Positions 1 to 14,260 are shown, counted from the first letter of the stretch. The stretch: DNA of 64,000 nt from the human T2T-CHM13v2.0 reference genome, Homo sapiens (GCF_009914755.1 NC_060942.1), one strand, 5' to 3'. Notes: generated by a model not told the origin, from the sequence alone. Numbers and translations: made by a program.

Positions 1-1660
1 CACTGCCAGTTTTTGATAGAATTAACTACCTTAATTTGTTAGAATTGAGACTAACACCCGAATCTCTTCATTCTAACAATGCTTTGTAGCTTCTAAATGA
101 TCCCACACGGGGTTTTTCAAGGTCTTCCTCCTCCCCAATCCCTTAATTACTCAGAAACATCTTTTCTGAACTCACAGCATTTGATAATTATGTACCATGT
201 TAGGAATTATTTTTCATTATTGTCACACGTTTTAAGTTTAGAGTCATACTTCTGGAATGAAAACTATGACTCATTTCATAAGTTGAACCAATCATCTCAT
301 TTCTTTATAGTTGCCTCCCCAACTATATTAAGCTCCTTGAAGATAGGACACATGCCTTACATTTCTTAACTCTTAGCTAGTATTCAACATAATTAATATG
401 ACGTTTGATACATATTAGTTTAATTAACTTCATAATAAAATTGATAAGATTAAGTATTGAATGTGCTGAAGAAGAGCTCTATATGAGGCCATTGTCAGTG
501 CTGACCCAAAAAAAAAAAAAAGCTTTTTTACTTTAAAAATCTATTTTATAATACATTTACAATTCAAAAAAGTGCGTGATTAAAAGAATAGGAAATATAT
601 CAGAATTCAGAAAACATACTACTTTACAACCAAAACTAAGCATTTTGAAAATGTATCTAGAGGACCCTCGTAAATTTAGTAATATGAGATTTTATATAAT
701 AGATTAAAAAATCAGATGTGTCAGCCGTTTGACCTCATCAGTTTCTTTGTTCTTAAAATAGCTGACATTTCTGCATCATTAGGGAAAGACAATGTTGTCA
801 CACAAAACAGACTATTTTTAAAGATGTGCTTTGGCTTGCAAAGGCGTGACATGCCTAAAATATTAAAGCGATATGGACTGGTAAACGTGTCACTCATTGG
901 GTTTCAACCTCTTGCTCCAAGTCCTTGCGTACATTTAAGAATTGGAGGAATAATATATTCTATATCTCTTTGTATTTTTTAAAGACAGCATTTATAACAG
1001 ACGAGGAAAGTACATCCTCATGTAGTTTAGATGTGAATGGGATTTACTACCCCCAAAGGTGTTATAGAATGAAAATATGCATTTATGAATAGTTTTAAGT
1101 CATGAAAGGCAGCATCCTAAAAGTTGATTAAAGAATTCTAGGAAATTTGGGAACAGCATATATATCATAACTTCTGTGCTATGTAGGATATATCTTTTCA
1201 ACAATATATTCCAGTTGCCATACGGTGCTGTATTGGATGGGCTGGAATTTGTGACTATCCTTTGTGGAATTTCCTATTAAAATCTGAAAACAGATTTAGC
1301 TTTAAAAAATTTGAGGCAGAGCTTTTCTAATCATTCCATAATTGTATTTAGTCTGGACGATATGGTTATAATCAAGGAAAGAATGTAAGAAATTACTTTT
1401 TAAACACATCGGAAACACATTCTTAGGGTCACTTTGGAGTGCTGAGATCTAGGTGGTAGTTCATTCTTTGCAGTCCACAGACTTATTTTTAGACCAATGG
1501 CATAGTGTTTTGCCAGATCATAGCTAAATGTTGTTTTCAGAACGTAAGCTTTAAAATTGTTATCCTGGTCAGAGTGAAATCAGTAGTGCCTATTTTAGAC
1601 CTGCTTGGAAGAATATAACTCAATGCAGTGTCTTACTTTTGCTGCTGAGCGGTTTTGCAG

Positions 1661-1691
1661 ACTACCATCTTCCCTGCAACTCTGAAGGATG
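1661..1691 (+). other. MYL12A: Candidate alternative MYL12A exon ending in an in-frame ATG (5' boundary uncertain; could be an alternative first exon)
   Basis: TTTTGCAG acceptor (AG 1659-1660); ATG 1689-1691 directly followed by GTATGG donor; spliced to 2599 it reads ATG GAC TTA ACC ACC ACC ATG TCG. Confidence 0.6.
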
Positions 1692-2598
1692 GTATGGTAG
1701 AATTTTATTGTCTGATGACTGAGATTTTTAACTTGAAACAAATTTTTGTAGTTTTTAACAGATTGAGTATTGAAAATTGCCTTTTTATTTTAGGTATTAT
1801 TAGACATTCTTTTTAATTTTAACTTAAATTTTACCGGGATAAATTTAGGTAAGAGAGCAAAGGTAGTTTCTACGTTTAAGATGTTTTCTAAAACTTTTAA
1901 AATTATTTTAAAAGCTTGTGCTCTGATTTCTGTTTAGAGATCTTAGATACTTCCAGTGATTTAGTGTGACTGTAATGCAAGAAACTGGTTTGGATAGAGT
2001 GCAATGTCTATAAAAACTATAGATGAATTCCCTTCAGTTTTTTTATACTTTACTATTAGCCTTTCAACAAATAGTTTTTTTGAACTACTTTTGCCTAGAG
2101 GTGAGGGTACAATAAAAAATGTTAGTTGAAAGTGAAAGCTTTAACAATATTTGTCAATAGAGATTAGGAGATGAAGACCTGTTCCATCAGTTAGTCATTC
2201 TTACTATTCTTCACCTTTCTGTCCACCGTACTATGGAATAGCCAGTTTAGGCTAAGGCTGCAAAGCGGGGACCTACTGAAGATGAATTAGTGTCCCTCAG
2301 CACCCCTATACTGCTGAAGTATAGAACTTGGGAGTTTCCTAAGTACCTAATTTTTTTTGCTTCTTGGTTTTTTATTGTTATCAAATCAGCAGATTTGGTT
2401 ATCAGCTGTTGTTAGCTATATAGCAGTACAGGACATATGTAATCTTGTTGAGATGTGTCTTCTAAAGACACATTTCTGAGTAGCTCAAACATATCAGGAA
2501 AGTTGGTTCTGTGTACTTTTGTTAATCATTGTTTTGATTCAAACTTAAGTAATCTTAGATGTTGATTTGGTTTTTATTGTATTTCCTTTCCTAATTAG

Positions 2599-2814
<216 letters not shown>

Positions 2815-3169
2815 TAATCTATTGGATAGAATTTCCATGGTGCCTTTCATCTTGATTTCATGAGTCTTAAAGCTCTGTAAAGCCTGTCTAATGAGTCTAC
2901 TAAGGTTTGAATAAAGTGTGGAACAGTGTTTCCCACTGGATCACCAGCAGATTCGTGACCCTGTCTTAGGATTGGGTTGGGGTTCGTGTGTGTGTATGTG
3001 TGTATAAAAACACTGATCTTGATTATGGAAGCAGTATTATTCCTTCTGACATTCCAATGGACTATCATATACTTTCCAGACTCTTTAATAGGCCCTATTC
3101 ATTAAGAAAACTTTCCCCCCAAATAGTTTCACTCTCATGAGTGCAAACAGTAAACTGTATGAATGATAA

Positions 3170-3421
<252 letters not shown>

Positions 3422-3854
3422 TGAGAGGTAACCTTTAATTATAAAGTGATTTAATTTTTAGTTATGGTAACTAAAATATACAGTAACTTAAAATATGATA
3501 ACGCTCTCAGGTTTGTACTACACCTATTTTTTTAGACAGAGTTCTCTTGGCATGTTTGTCACTCACTTTGCTGCTTCTGCCCTAAGTAGTAGTTTACAAC
3601 GAATAGGTTGTATTTGAAACCTCATTGGGAAGCTTATATTACCCCTTTCCTACCATGTTAACTCCACAAGGGTTAGGCTCTCAGAAAATATGTATTGAAT
3701 AAAAAACTTTTACCAGAATAATCTTGATGAAGTATAAATTGTTATAGGCCATGCACCACTACAATCCTGTATATGTTTACCAGGTATCTGTCAGCTCTCA
3801 AATTGTTTAAATCTGACATCTAACCTTAATTTTAAAATACACCCAGTAGAACTT

Positions 3855-4060
3855 AGGGTCTGGAATTAGACTATCTGGCTTCAAATTCCTCTTCCACATA
3901 ATAGCTGTATAATTTGGGGCAAGTTGCTTAACTTTCTCTAAGCCTCTGTTTTCTTATTTGTAAAATGAGCAGTATTACCTACCTCATAGGGTTGTTGTGA
4001 GAATTAAGTGAAGAAGTGAGATGTATATGAAGTACTTAGCATACTGTGTGGCACAGAGTT
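3855..4060. mobile_element. MIR SINE
   Basis: GGGCAAGTTGCTTAACTTTCTCTAAGCCTCTGTTTTCTTATTTGTAAAATG core. Confidence 0.75.
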
Positions 4061-5089
4061 AACTCTCAAAAAAACAAAATGTTATCTATATAGGGGCCTG
4101 ATCCTTTGGCAGAAGTGTATGTAAGAGAAAACATAATGAGGGAATATTTTCCGTGATTCCCAACTCAACATGGCGTAGCCAAGTGTGTTTAGTGAAGGAA
4201 GGCACAATCTTTGGTTGCCTCCATTAGTGGGACGAGTTTAAATACTGGGTGGTTGCCAGGGCCTGCTGATGGAAGCATGGTCTGTGGCTTTCAAGGCTCC
4301 CCACATGTGCATGCCAGTTATTTGGGAAATCTTAAAAATACCAATACCAGAAAATAAATCGGGTGACATCAGATTCTTGTAGGCAGGCAGGTTTTATGAG
4401 AACCCTGGTATCAAATTCCCAAAGTAAAGAGCACACACCTTTCAGCTTACCACTGCACATCCCCACTGCCCAGCACAGTGCCTGCCACATAGTTAGTGCT
4501 CAAATATTTATTCCATGTTTTTGCATGTGCTGGGACTGGCCATATTTATTACAATAATTGGATTTGTAAACAGTAAAAATCTCATTTTACATCTGAGAAA
4601 ACCAAAGTCAGGGATGAAGTGAAATGCCTGAAATAAAATAGCTTCTTAAAACTGGGCCTCAAGCTTCCGGTATTCTTTCCACTGTACCACTTTATTGATG
4701 TGTATGATGTAGTGTTGATTTTAGCCTGGCAGGTAAATGTTACTTGTTTGTAGAATAAGATGTGACCATTCATGCCACTTGAAGGAACCGTAAGGCTTAG
4801 ATTCTTTAACCATACTTTTTATTACTTTGTTTAGGCATAGGTTTAGTCTCTCTTATCAAGAGATCAGAAGCTGAATGTGGAGGCAGAATGATAGAGCAAA
4901 TGATAGAGCGGAGCAGTGCTGCTAAGCAGCTAGGCATTTTTCTAGGCACTTCTCTGCTGAGGCTGTTTTAAGTAGGTGGACACCCTGTAGTTCATATATT
5001 TGCATGTTTATAGTTTGTAACATACAGAACATGCTTAGTCAAGTATAGATATTCTTTGTAATTAACCCTCAGAATAGTATGTATTCTGA

Positions 5090-5284
<195 letters not shown>

Positions 5285-5466
5285 AATAACTTCAAATTCC
5301 AGCCAAACGTTCCTTGTTGCCACTTTGGGTATTCTGAGATTTTCTCTTGCATGCCCTTAGCTTTACAGCTTTTGCATTTCCTGTTGTATTTATTCTCAGC
5401 CATTTTGGGCATATGTATCTTTATAATCAGACTGGAAACGGGACTTTCTATTAATATCATTTTCAG

Positions 5467-5587
5467 AATAAAAAATAGGATAATTTAACCTACCAGCCCT
5501 TCTCCCCCAATAACTGTGGTCTATACAGAGTCAATATATTTTTTCAGAGAAAGTTATTCGCTCGATTTTTTCTGAATCATAATTAAA
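5467..5587 (+). terminator. MYL12A: MYL12A polyadenylation signals
   Basis: AATAAA 5467-5472 and ATTAAA 5582-5587, with T/GT-rich sequence downstream. Confidence 0.7.
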
Positions 5588-6383
5588 CTTTATGATAAAA
5601 TACTTACTTGTTTAAACTTCTTATTTACCAAACTTGGCTTTTGTTGGTTTCAGTCGTATCTCCCAAAGAAAGGTAGATGAGGGAAATCCTAGAAAATGAT
5701 ATGGTTGTTAGCTTTCTCTTCCTCCAGTTTTCCTAACAATCCTATCTCCTCTACTATCCATTCCTCCTCCTCCTCCCAAGGATATCCAATTTTAACTGCC
5801 CTAATCAGGTTTTCTGCACTTTGTCTTCCAATTTTTAAAATAATTTCCTGTAGAATTTGCATATATGATAGTTTCCATAGCTTTAAGTCCTTAAGTTGAC
5901 ATACCTGCCAACATTTCCACTTTATTTAAACTTTTGTAATTTCTGGTCATTTAAAATTAGACCAGGTTACTGAGTATAATTTCAATTTGTCATATTTTTA
6001 AAAACCATTTTGGCTTAAAGGTTCTGTGGAATGCTACCAAAGAGAGATTTTTATGTTATGTTTTAAAGTGCTGGAAATATAATGCAGTATTTTTTTTATT
6101 ATATGTAGTTTTTCTTTAACACAGCAATGTGTATTGAAAGATATTTGTTTATGCAGAGATTCACCATGAGTCCATGTTTGAGTTTTGGACATTCCTGACC
6201 TTCCCACAATCAAAACAGCTGAACCTGCATGCCTGGGAAAGTGAGGTCATTATTTCAGTCCTAAAAATAACTTCTACTATTTGCAGAAATGCAGAACTGT
6301 TTCACAGTTAATCAGGGAGTGGCAGACAGTTTCGTTCTTTTTCAGCTTTAAAAATCTGACTCTCAAAGGGCTTCAAGATTCTC

Positions 6384-6670
6384 TTTTTTTTCCAGACAGG
6401 GTCTCTCGCTCTATCACCCAGGCTGGAGTGCAATGGCACGATCACAGCTCACTGCAGCCTTGACCTCCTGGGCTCAAGTGATCCACAGCCACCTGAGTAG
6501 TTGGGACTACAGGCAGGCACCACCATGCCTGGCTAATTTCTTAATTTGTTGTAGAGACAAGGTCTCATTATGTTGCCTAGGCTGGTCTAAAACTCCTGTA
6601 CTCAAGTGATCTTCCCACCTCTGCCTCCTAAAGTGCTGGGATTACAGGTGTGAGCAACCATGCCCAGCCC
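6384..6670 (-). mobile_element. AluJ-like
   Basis: poly-T followed by reverse Alu dimer. Confidence 0.93.
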
Positions 6671-7450
6671 AAAACTCTGACTCTCAAAGAGCATGAGTTT
6701 TAAAAGATTTGAAATGGAGAAAAATTTGGTTGAAAAGATTTGACAATTAGCCTATGAAGATGAGTAATTGACAATTACTATAATAACTTTAAGTTTTATG
6801 CTACGATTAACATGACTCTCCTTGGACAAAACCATTACCTCATTCAGTAAACAATTACTAAAAGCCTTCTGGGCAGCAGGCCTTTGCAGCCAATAAGATA
6901 GATCAGCTAGATCCTGTAACGTGGGAAGGCCAATGCTATAGGAATAGAAGGACTAGTCAAAGCTAGTCCTTGACCTCTTCAGCATTAGAATCTTAGAACC
7001 TGCCTTCATTCTTTGTCTTTTGTTTCTGAATTTTATTCACTGGTTAAGCCAAAATACTTTTTCCAGGCTATGGCCATGGTGCTAAAATCTTGTTTTTTGA
7101 ATTGAATTTCCATGTCAAGAGAAAAAATTATCATATGCTTTGTTACATCTCTAGTGAAGAACAGATAGCATTGTTTGCACTATATGAAAAACAAGGTACT
7201 ACTAAAAGGATCTCTTGCAGGGCCCCTGTTTCCCTTTCAGATAAGTGCTTAATGAACCAACTTGCATTAAGAACAATGATGTACCCTGAATGAAATAATT
7301 CTCCTAATTTAGTAATAGCATTCTTTGCTTAAACAAGAGTGATTGCCAACAGAAAGGTAAAAGCATCCATTTCAATGGTGTGTTTGACTGAAAAATCAGT
7401 CTCAAAAGTTTCCATGATGAAAGTCATACTTAAACCATTTCAAAAGATCT

Positions 7451-7984
<534 letters not shown>

Positions 7985-8229
7985 TTAACACCTAGACTTG
8001 AGGATCAGATAAAAAATGATCAGAGTTTGGAGAGGTAAATAGAGCCACAAAAACAGTCTTACGGAAACCTAGTTAATTTCAAGAGTAAGGAGGTTAGCAG
8101 TGTCCCACACAGAAAAGTGGAGTATGGGAAGGTTTAAATGAGACCCTCCCAGATGTGACAAGTCGTTAGTCATGTTTGCTAGAGTTATTAGAGTTCTGAG
8201 TGCAGAATCCATAATGCAGCACAGGATAG

Positions 8230-8560
8230 TGAATAATGCCTAGGTGTGGGGTCAGGCAGACCTACACTTAATTCCCGTTTGTTGCTACGTCATGGCTCTA
8301 TAACCTTAAGTCAGTTATTTAAACTTCCTTGGCCTATTTATTCATTTATAAAATGGAAATAATACTGTTGGTTCATATTAGGAACATAATATATAAAGCA
8401 GCATTTGTGTGATTAAGAGCAGCACGGATTTGGAGCCATACTTAAGTGAATTGCACCTGCCTATTTGACTTTGTGTTCTTAATTGCCAGTTTCCTCATCT
8501 GTAAAATGGCCAATACCATCCAAGTTTCTTCTGAAAATTAGAAGCATGAAAGACAAATGG
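8230..8560. mobile_element. MIR fragments
   Basis: CAGTTTCCTCATCTGTAAAATGG and related core matches. Confidence 0.6.
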
Positions 8561-9554
8561 TCTGGGACACATTAGGTCTCCAAATAGTAGTTATTTTGTT
8601 TACGAGTGGGCCAGTGAGAAGGGGCAAAGGGCATATCTTTAAATTCAAGCCTGTTTATAGGCAGAGTAGAAGACAACAAACTAGGAGGGAACAATTAGTG
8701 AAACAAAATGGATCATGTCTAAGAGCTAGGATGTGACAGAACCTAGACCACGTAGGATTGCCCTTAGAAAAGTGGATGGATTTCAAGGTAGAATTTCATT
8801 AACAGGTTGTTAGGAAGATTTTATAAGACTATGCATACAAATGCCTGTCAGTTTGGTACTAGTGGATTCTGAAATAGTTCACTTTCGATTTCCTGAGCAG
8901 GTCCAATATGCCAGACTTGTGTGTGTCGAATTAGGTCCTCTTCACGGGTACAGTTTATTTTTTCTGTCCATAAAGGGATTGTAGTAGCTAATCCCACATT
9001 GAAGAAATGCCCAGTTTTCCCATTGCTGCTTATTCGAGTCATTTCCACTTGCTCTTCCATCTTCCAAGTCCCTATATCTTTTTAGTCTAGATTTCTCTGT
9101 GTCTGCTCAAATAGCAGGAAATGTGACTTTTCTCCAGTATTTATCCACATACATTTTAGAGTTGTAATGAGTTTACAACTTGTTTTTTCGTTTACTACTT
9201 AAATTATATCTCATGTTTTGGCATAGCCACCATTGTTTTGAGTATATTTCTTTTTCAACCATTCTTAACTTCAGTTATCTTTGATGTGGGCATGCTATAA
9301 TTAACAATTTCCCAATGATAGATATTTAGCTATCCAGCTATTTTTATTAGTGAATAAATTTTTATTCATGATTAAACAAAGCCTATTATAGGCTTTTCTT
9401 TTGCATCTAGAGAGAACAATATACCTTAGAATTATTTCTTCAGAATAGTGCTGTCAAATAGAAGCTTCTGTAATTAAGGAAATGCTCTCTGTGCCATACA
9501 ATAAGGACACTAACCACATGTGGCTATTGAGCACTTAAAATGTGTCTAATACTA

Positions 9555-9850
<296 letters not shown>

Positions 9851-9858
9851 CTAATACT

Positions 9859-10033
9859 GCCAGACGCACTGGTGCGGTGTCTCTCACCTGTAGTCCCAAC
9901 TACTTGGGAGGCTCAAGTGAGAGGATCGCTTGAGGCCAGGAGTTCCAGGTTGTAGTGCATTATGATCACGCCTGTGAATAGCCAGTGCATTCCAGGTTAG
10001 GCAACATAGGGTGACCCCATCTCTAAAAATAAA
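9859..10033 (+). mobile_element. FAM (fossil Alu monomer)
   Basis: Monomer with GTAGTGCATTATGATCACGCCTGTGAATAGCC, typical of FAM. Confidence 0.75.
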
Positions 10034-10970
10034 ACGTATCAAATACAACTGAGGAACTAAATTTAAGTTTAGCTGCATGTGGTTAGTGACGATTGTATTG
10101 GACAGCACAATTCTAGAAACTTTTTTTTTTTAATTTAGACTATCGAACCAAAACCTAAGAGTAAATATTGTAGAACCAGGTGTGACTTTTCAGCAACTGC
10201 TTTTCTAACACTATTGAGAAAATACACACAGTTATGAACCGCGTTTAGAGCTGTGCTGCTGGGATGGCGACCACCCCATCAGCATCATGTGTGCTTACCA
10301 GAAATTCGAATTATCCTCCACCCCTTACTCACTGAATCCTGATACCCGGTTTTGAGGCTCAAAAATGTTTTTAAAAGCCCTGTTATTATGCGTGCTACTG
10401 TTTAAGAACTGCTACAGAGTGCTGAACACAAGGTCCCTCTCTTCTAGGAATTTCTGATCAAAGATTTCTAGAATATAAACTCCCTAAGAGGCTTTGAATT
10501 CATCTCTCAGCATCCGGCACATGTTAAGGCAGTAAGAAGAGTTCAATAAAGATTTGCTATTAGATTGCCGATCCTCCACCATCCTGAAGTAATGCTATTT
10601 TAGTAATGCTAGATGAAGTAATGCTAGATTACCTCAAGGTGAGGGAAAATATCCTGAAGAACACAGCCACAAACACGATCTAGAACAAAACCTGAAAAAC
10701 GTAGCTTTGTGTTTTTATTTGTGTGTGCATGTATGTGTGTGCGTTGCCATTTTCTTGATAAAGGAAAGCAAGTAGTTCGAATAAAACTTTCTTGTGGCCA
10801 AAAGGGGAATCAAACAGCCGTAGGCTGCGGCCGTAGCCTGATACGGCCGTAAACCTTATGAGGGTAAGCAGAGAGGAGTAGGTTAAAGAATTTAACTCGG
10901 GCTGTAATGCGGTTTGAAAAGAGAAAGGGATTCTGGAACGGAGAAGAATCCGCCCAGGCGCCGCCCTCAC

Positions 10971-11180
10971 CTTCTCAACATTACATGAGACGAACCCTAA
11001 AACCTGTCTTGTCTGAAATTCAAATTTAGAAGAACTGTACTTTTACTTGCTACATCTGGCAACTCAGGGTTCGGCGCCAGGGGACCCCAAATCCTCGGCC
11101 GATCGCGGCCCACTCGGGTCAAATTCCAGCGGCCTGCCCAGCCGCGCCCAGCGGGCCCAGGAATGCGGAAGGGTGGCGGA
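10971..11180 (-). ncRNA. Candidate first exon of a divergent antisense lncRNA (MYL12-AS1-like); start is a guess
   Basis: Minus-strand donor AAG|GTGAGG at 10971/10970 at the island edge; recollection that an antisense lncRNA is annotated here. Confidence 0.35.
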
Positions 11181-11391
11181 GCTACCAAAGGAGTGGGGGA
11201 CGAGGGCCGGGCTGCGGGCGACCGCCGCAGCGCAGGCCGCGATATCGCAGCGGATCGGAGCAGGCCGGAGGGGCAATTAAGACCCCGGCCGTGTGCGTCC
11301 GGCCTCAGCAGCCCCGCCGCTCGGCGGACACGCAGACCCCGCCGGCCCGGGCGCGAACACTCAGCGCACCCCCGTTCCACTTGGTCCCGCC

Positions 11392-11425
11392 GCGCCTTCC
11401 GGTGCGCCTTCCGGTGCGCCTTCCG
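11392..11425. repeat. 12-bp tandem repeat GCGCCTTCCGGT x2.8 (ETS-like CCGGAA sites)
   Basis: Units at 11392, 11404 and 11416 read directly. Confidence 0.95.
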
Positions 11426-11444
11426 CTCCGCCCCTTCAGGCAGG

Positions 11445-11542
11445 AAGTGTCGGCGCCGCCACTGTCCGGCCACAGCCTAACGCTCTTCGCTGTCGTTTGC
11501 GGTCTCGCGCAGGGCGGCCCCGGTTCTGGTGTTTGGCGTCGG
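11445..11542 (+). other. MYL12B: MYL12B non-coding exon 1 (TSS approximate)
   Basis: Follows the ETS/GC-box cluster; no ATG; CGG|GTGAGT donor at 11543. Confidence 0.8.
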
Positions 11543-13119
11543 GTGAGTCGCGCTCGACTCTGCTCGCGAGACCCCTCGGGCCGCCGTCTCCGTACCCCCG
11601 CGCCCCCCTCCCGTCGCGCGCCTGCGGCCGGACCCCGCCCCAGGGCGGCCAGGCGGCGGCAGGACCTGTCAGACTGGCTGAGAAGGAGGCGCGGGGCCGG
11701 AGGTGGAGGGAGGAGGGTTGCTGGCGAGGCCCTGGCCCGGACGTCCAGGGGCCGGGAGGCTCCAGGCGATGGAGCCGGTCTGGGGAGACGCCCTGCTGGA
11801 GAAGTGGCCGGGTCCCGGCCGTGCGTGGGCCGGCCCTGCGCCACCTGGGTGACCTCAGACACCTGGGCCTTGGACGGCCCGGCTGCCCGGCGGCCAACGC
11901 CTGCCCTCCCGGCGCCGCGGCGGGTCCTGGCGGTGGATTGGGGCCGACCCGGGCGTGTTCGTGTGGAGCACCTGCCCTGTGCCCAACACTATCCTAGATG
12001 CTTTGGAGGGTGGAGGAGCCTCCTGTTGCACGGTCTTGCCTAAGGTGAAGCCTCCGAGGAAGCCATTAGCATGTCGGTAACCGAGTGTGTGGTTGATACG
12101 GGCTCAAATGTGATGATTTACATAGAGTTGTAATTCGCTCAGTGTGTCTTGCATCTTGTAAAGGTTTAGTTTATTCGTGTTGATTGAAGAAAGGACCATT
12201 AACAGAAATAGGGAAAGGTTACTTGGAAAAGAGTCGTGACCTCACTGAAGGCCTTGGATTCAACCTTAAGAGGGAGAACTTAGCGTTTCCGGCTAGATGT
12301 GTGGGAGGTGGTAACGAGCAAAACTCAAAAGCTGGGAATTGTGTCCTGTGAAAAGCAGGCCGTGGGGACACCGGCGGGTATGGAACAGAACTGTAATGAC
12401 TAATAGTCGGAAATAAGGGTAGATAGGTAAGTAGGACCTTCTTATGGATGTCTTGAAAACTTAGGAGAAAGAAAACATTATGTAAGAAGCCATAGAGAGT
12501 AATTTTGGAGTCTTCACTAACGGAGTAATAAGAAAGGGATGTTTAGAGGATTCGTTTGGCCGCTTTAGTTTAAGGTAGATTTGGAATGGTCTTTTGGTAA
12601 GAGAAGAATCAAAGCATTTAGAATTCAGTAGGACCTGATAGATTACCTTGTGAAGGCTTTGCGTTTTATAACTGAGGAAAATGAAACCCAGAGAGGTGAG
12701 GTAATTTGTCGAAGGTGGTGGACCCTCCTGGACTTTATAACTAAGAGCACTTTTGAGTGCTTTAGGCTCTTTTGAGTGAAACAGCTTTTATGATGGCTGA
12801 CTCGATGTTCGTTTATGCTTTGATGAAACTAAGCTTGAACAAGATGAACTGCAATTTCTGAAGGACAGATGTCCAGACAAGAGTTGCTAGGGTTAGGAAA
12901 GAACAGGATTTAGAGCCCCGACATGGGGCTAGTTTTCCCTTTCTCCCAAGATTCAAAGGCTCCAGGTATATCTGGGGATGAGTTTATCATACCCTTTTTG
13001 CCAGCATCTTTGTGATCTTCCTTCCTCATTCTACACATTAGCTTTGGGGTGTCATTGCTTGTTATGCCCAGGTATCCACATTTTCATGGTAGAGAATTTC
13101 AGCTGCCTATATGCAGGAT

Positions 13120-13340
13120 GTTACTGGCTAGTGGTTCAAGCTCTGGAGCTAGATTTCCTGAGTACAGATCCTGACTGAGCTCTGCCATTTTCTAGCTGTG
13201 TGGCAAGTTGTTTATTCTCTTTACCCTGATTTTCGTATCTGAGAGAAGAGGATGATAACAATACCTATATGATGAGTTGTCGTGAGGATTAAATGTGTTA
13301 ACACATACAAAATGCTTAAATCAGTGCCTGGCACATCTTT
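13120..13340. mobile_element. MIR SINE
   Basis: CTCTGCCATTTTCTAGCTGTGTGGCAAG...GTGAGGATTAAATG. Confidence 0.7.
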
Positions 13341-13540
13341 AGCACCCAGTTGTCCCTGGTTGCTACTGCTTCTTCCAGGTATGGAGCAGTGGGTAGCTAC
13401 TAAGTTTCCTTAGGGATCTCTTGGGGAAGAGACTGGAACCATAGCTAGACCGTAGAGAAAAGCCTCATGTTGGAATTCAGATCCGGGACCTACCTTGTAA
13501 TGAACATATATGTGTAATTCTGTTTGTGACAGGAAAGAAC

Positions 13541-13606
13541 TATATATGTATATACACTATATACAACTGTGTATACTATACATATATTTATACATATATA
13601 TATGTA
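13541..13606. repeat. Degenerate (TA/CA)n microsatellite
   Basis: TATATATGTATATACAC... run. Confidence 0.8.
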
Positions 13607-13624
13607 TTTGCTTAACTAGGATTA

Positions 13625-14260
<636 letters not shown>

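Larger units (their letters stand above)
10815..12085. promoter_or_regulatory. MYL12B: CpG island / MYL12B promoter
   Basis: Abrupt GC- and CpG-rich block in AT-rich surroundings; GC box CCGCCC 11428-11433; ETS motifs; no TATA box. Confidence 0.93.

Noticed and set aside
1590-1618. MEF2 site and TATA-like box upstream of the candidate MYL12A exon
   Set aside because: CTATTTTAG is one base short of the CTA(A/T)4TAG consensus and AATATAA is common in AT-rich DNA
10997-12043. Overlapping 105-250 aa ORFs on both strands, including RAFRCAFRCAFR repeats
   Set aside because: Stop-poor GC-rich CpG island; Arg/Pro/Gly/Ala low complexity, many non-ATG starts, no recognisable domain; the peptide repeat just reflects the 12-bp DNA repeat
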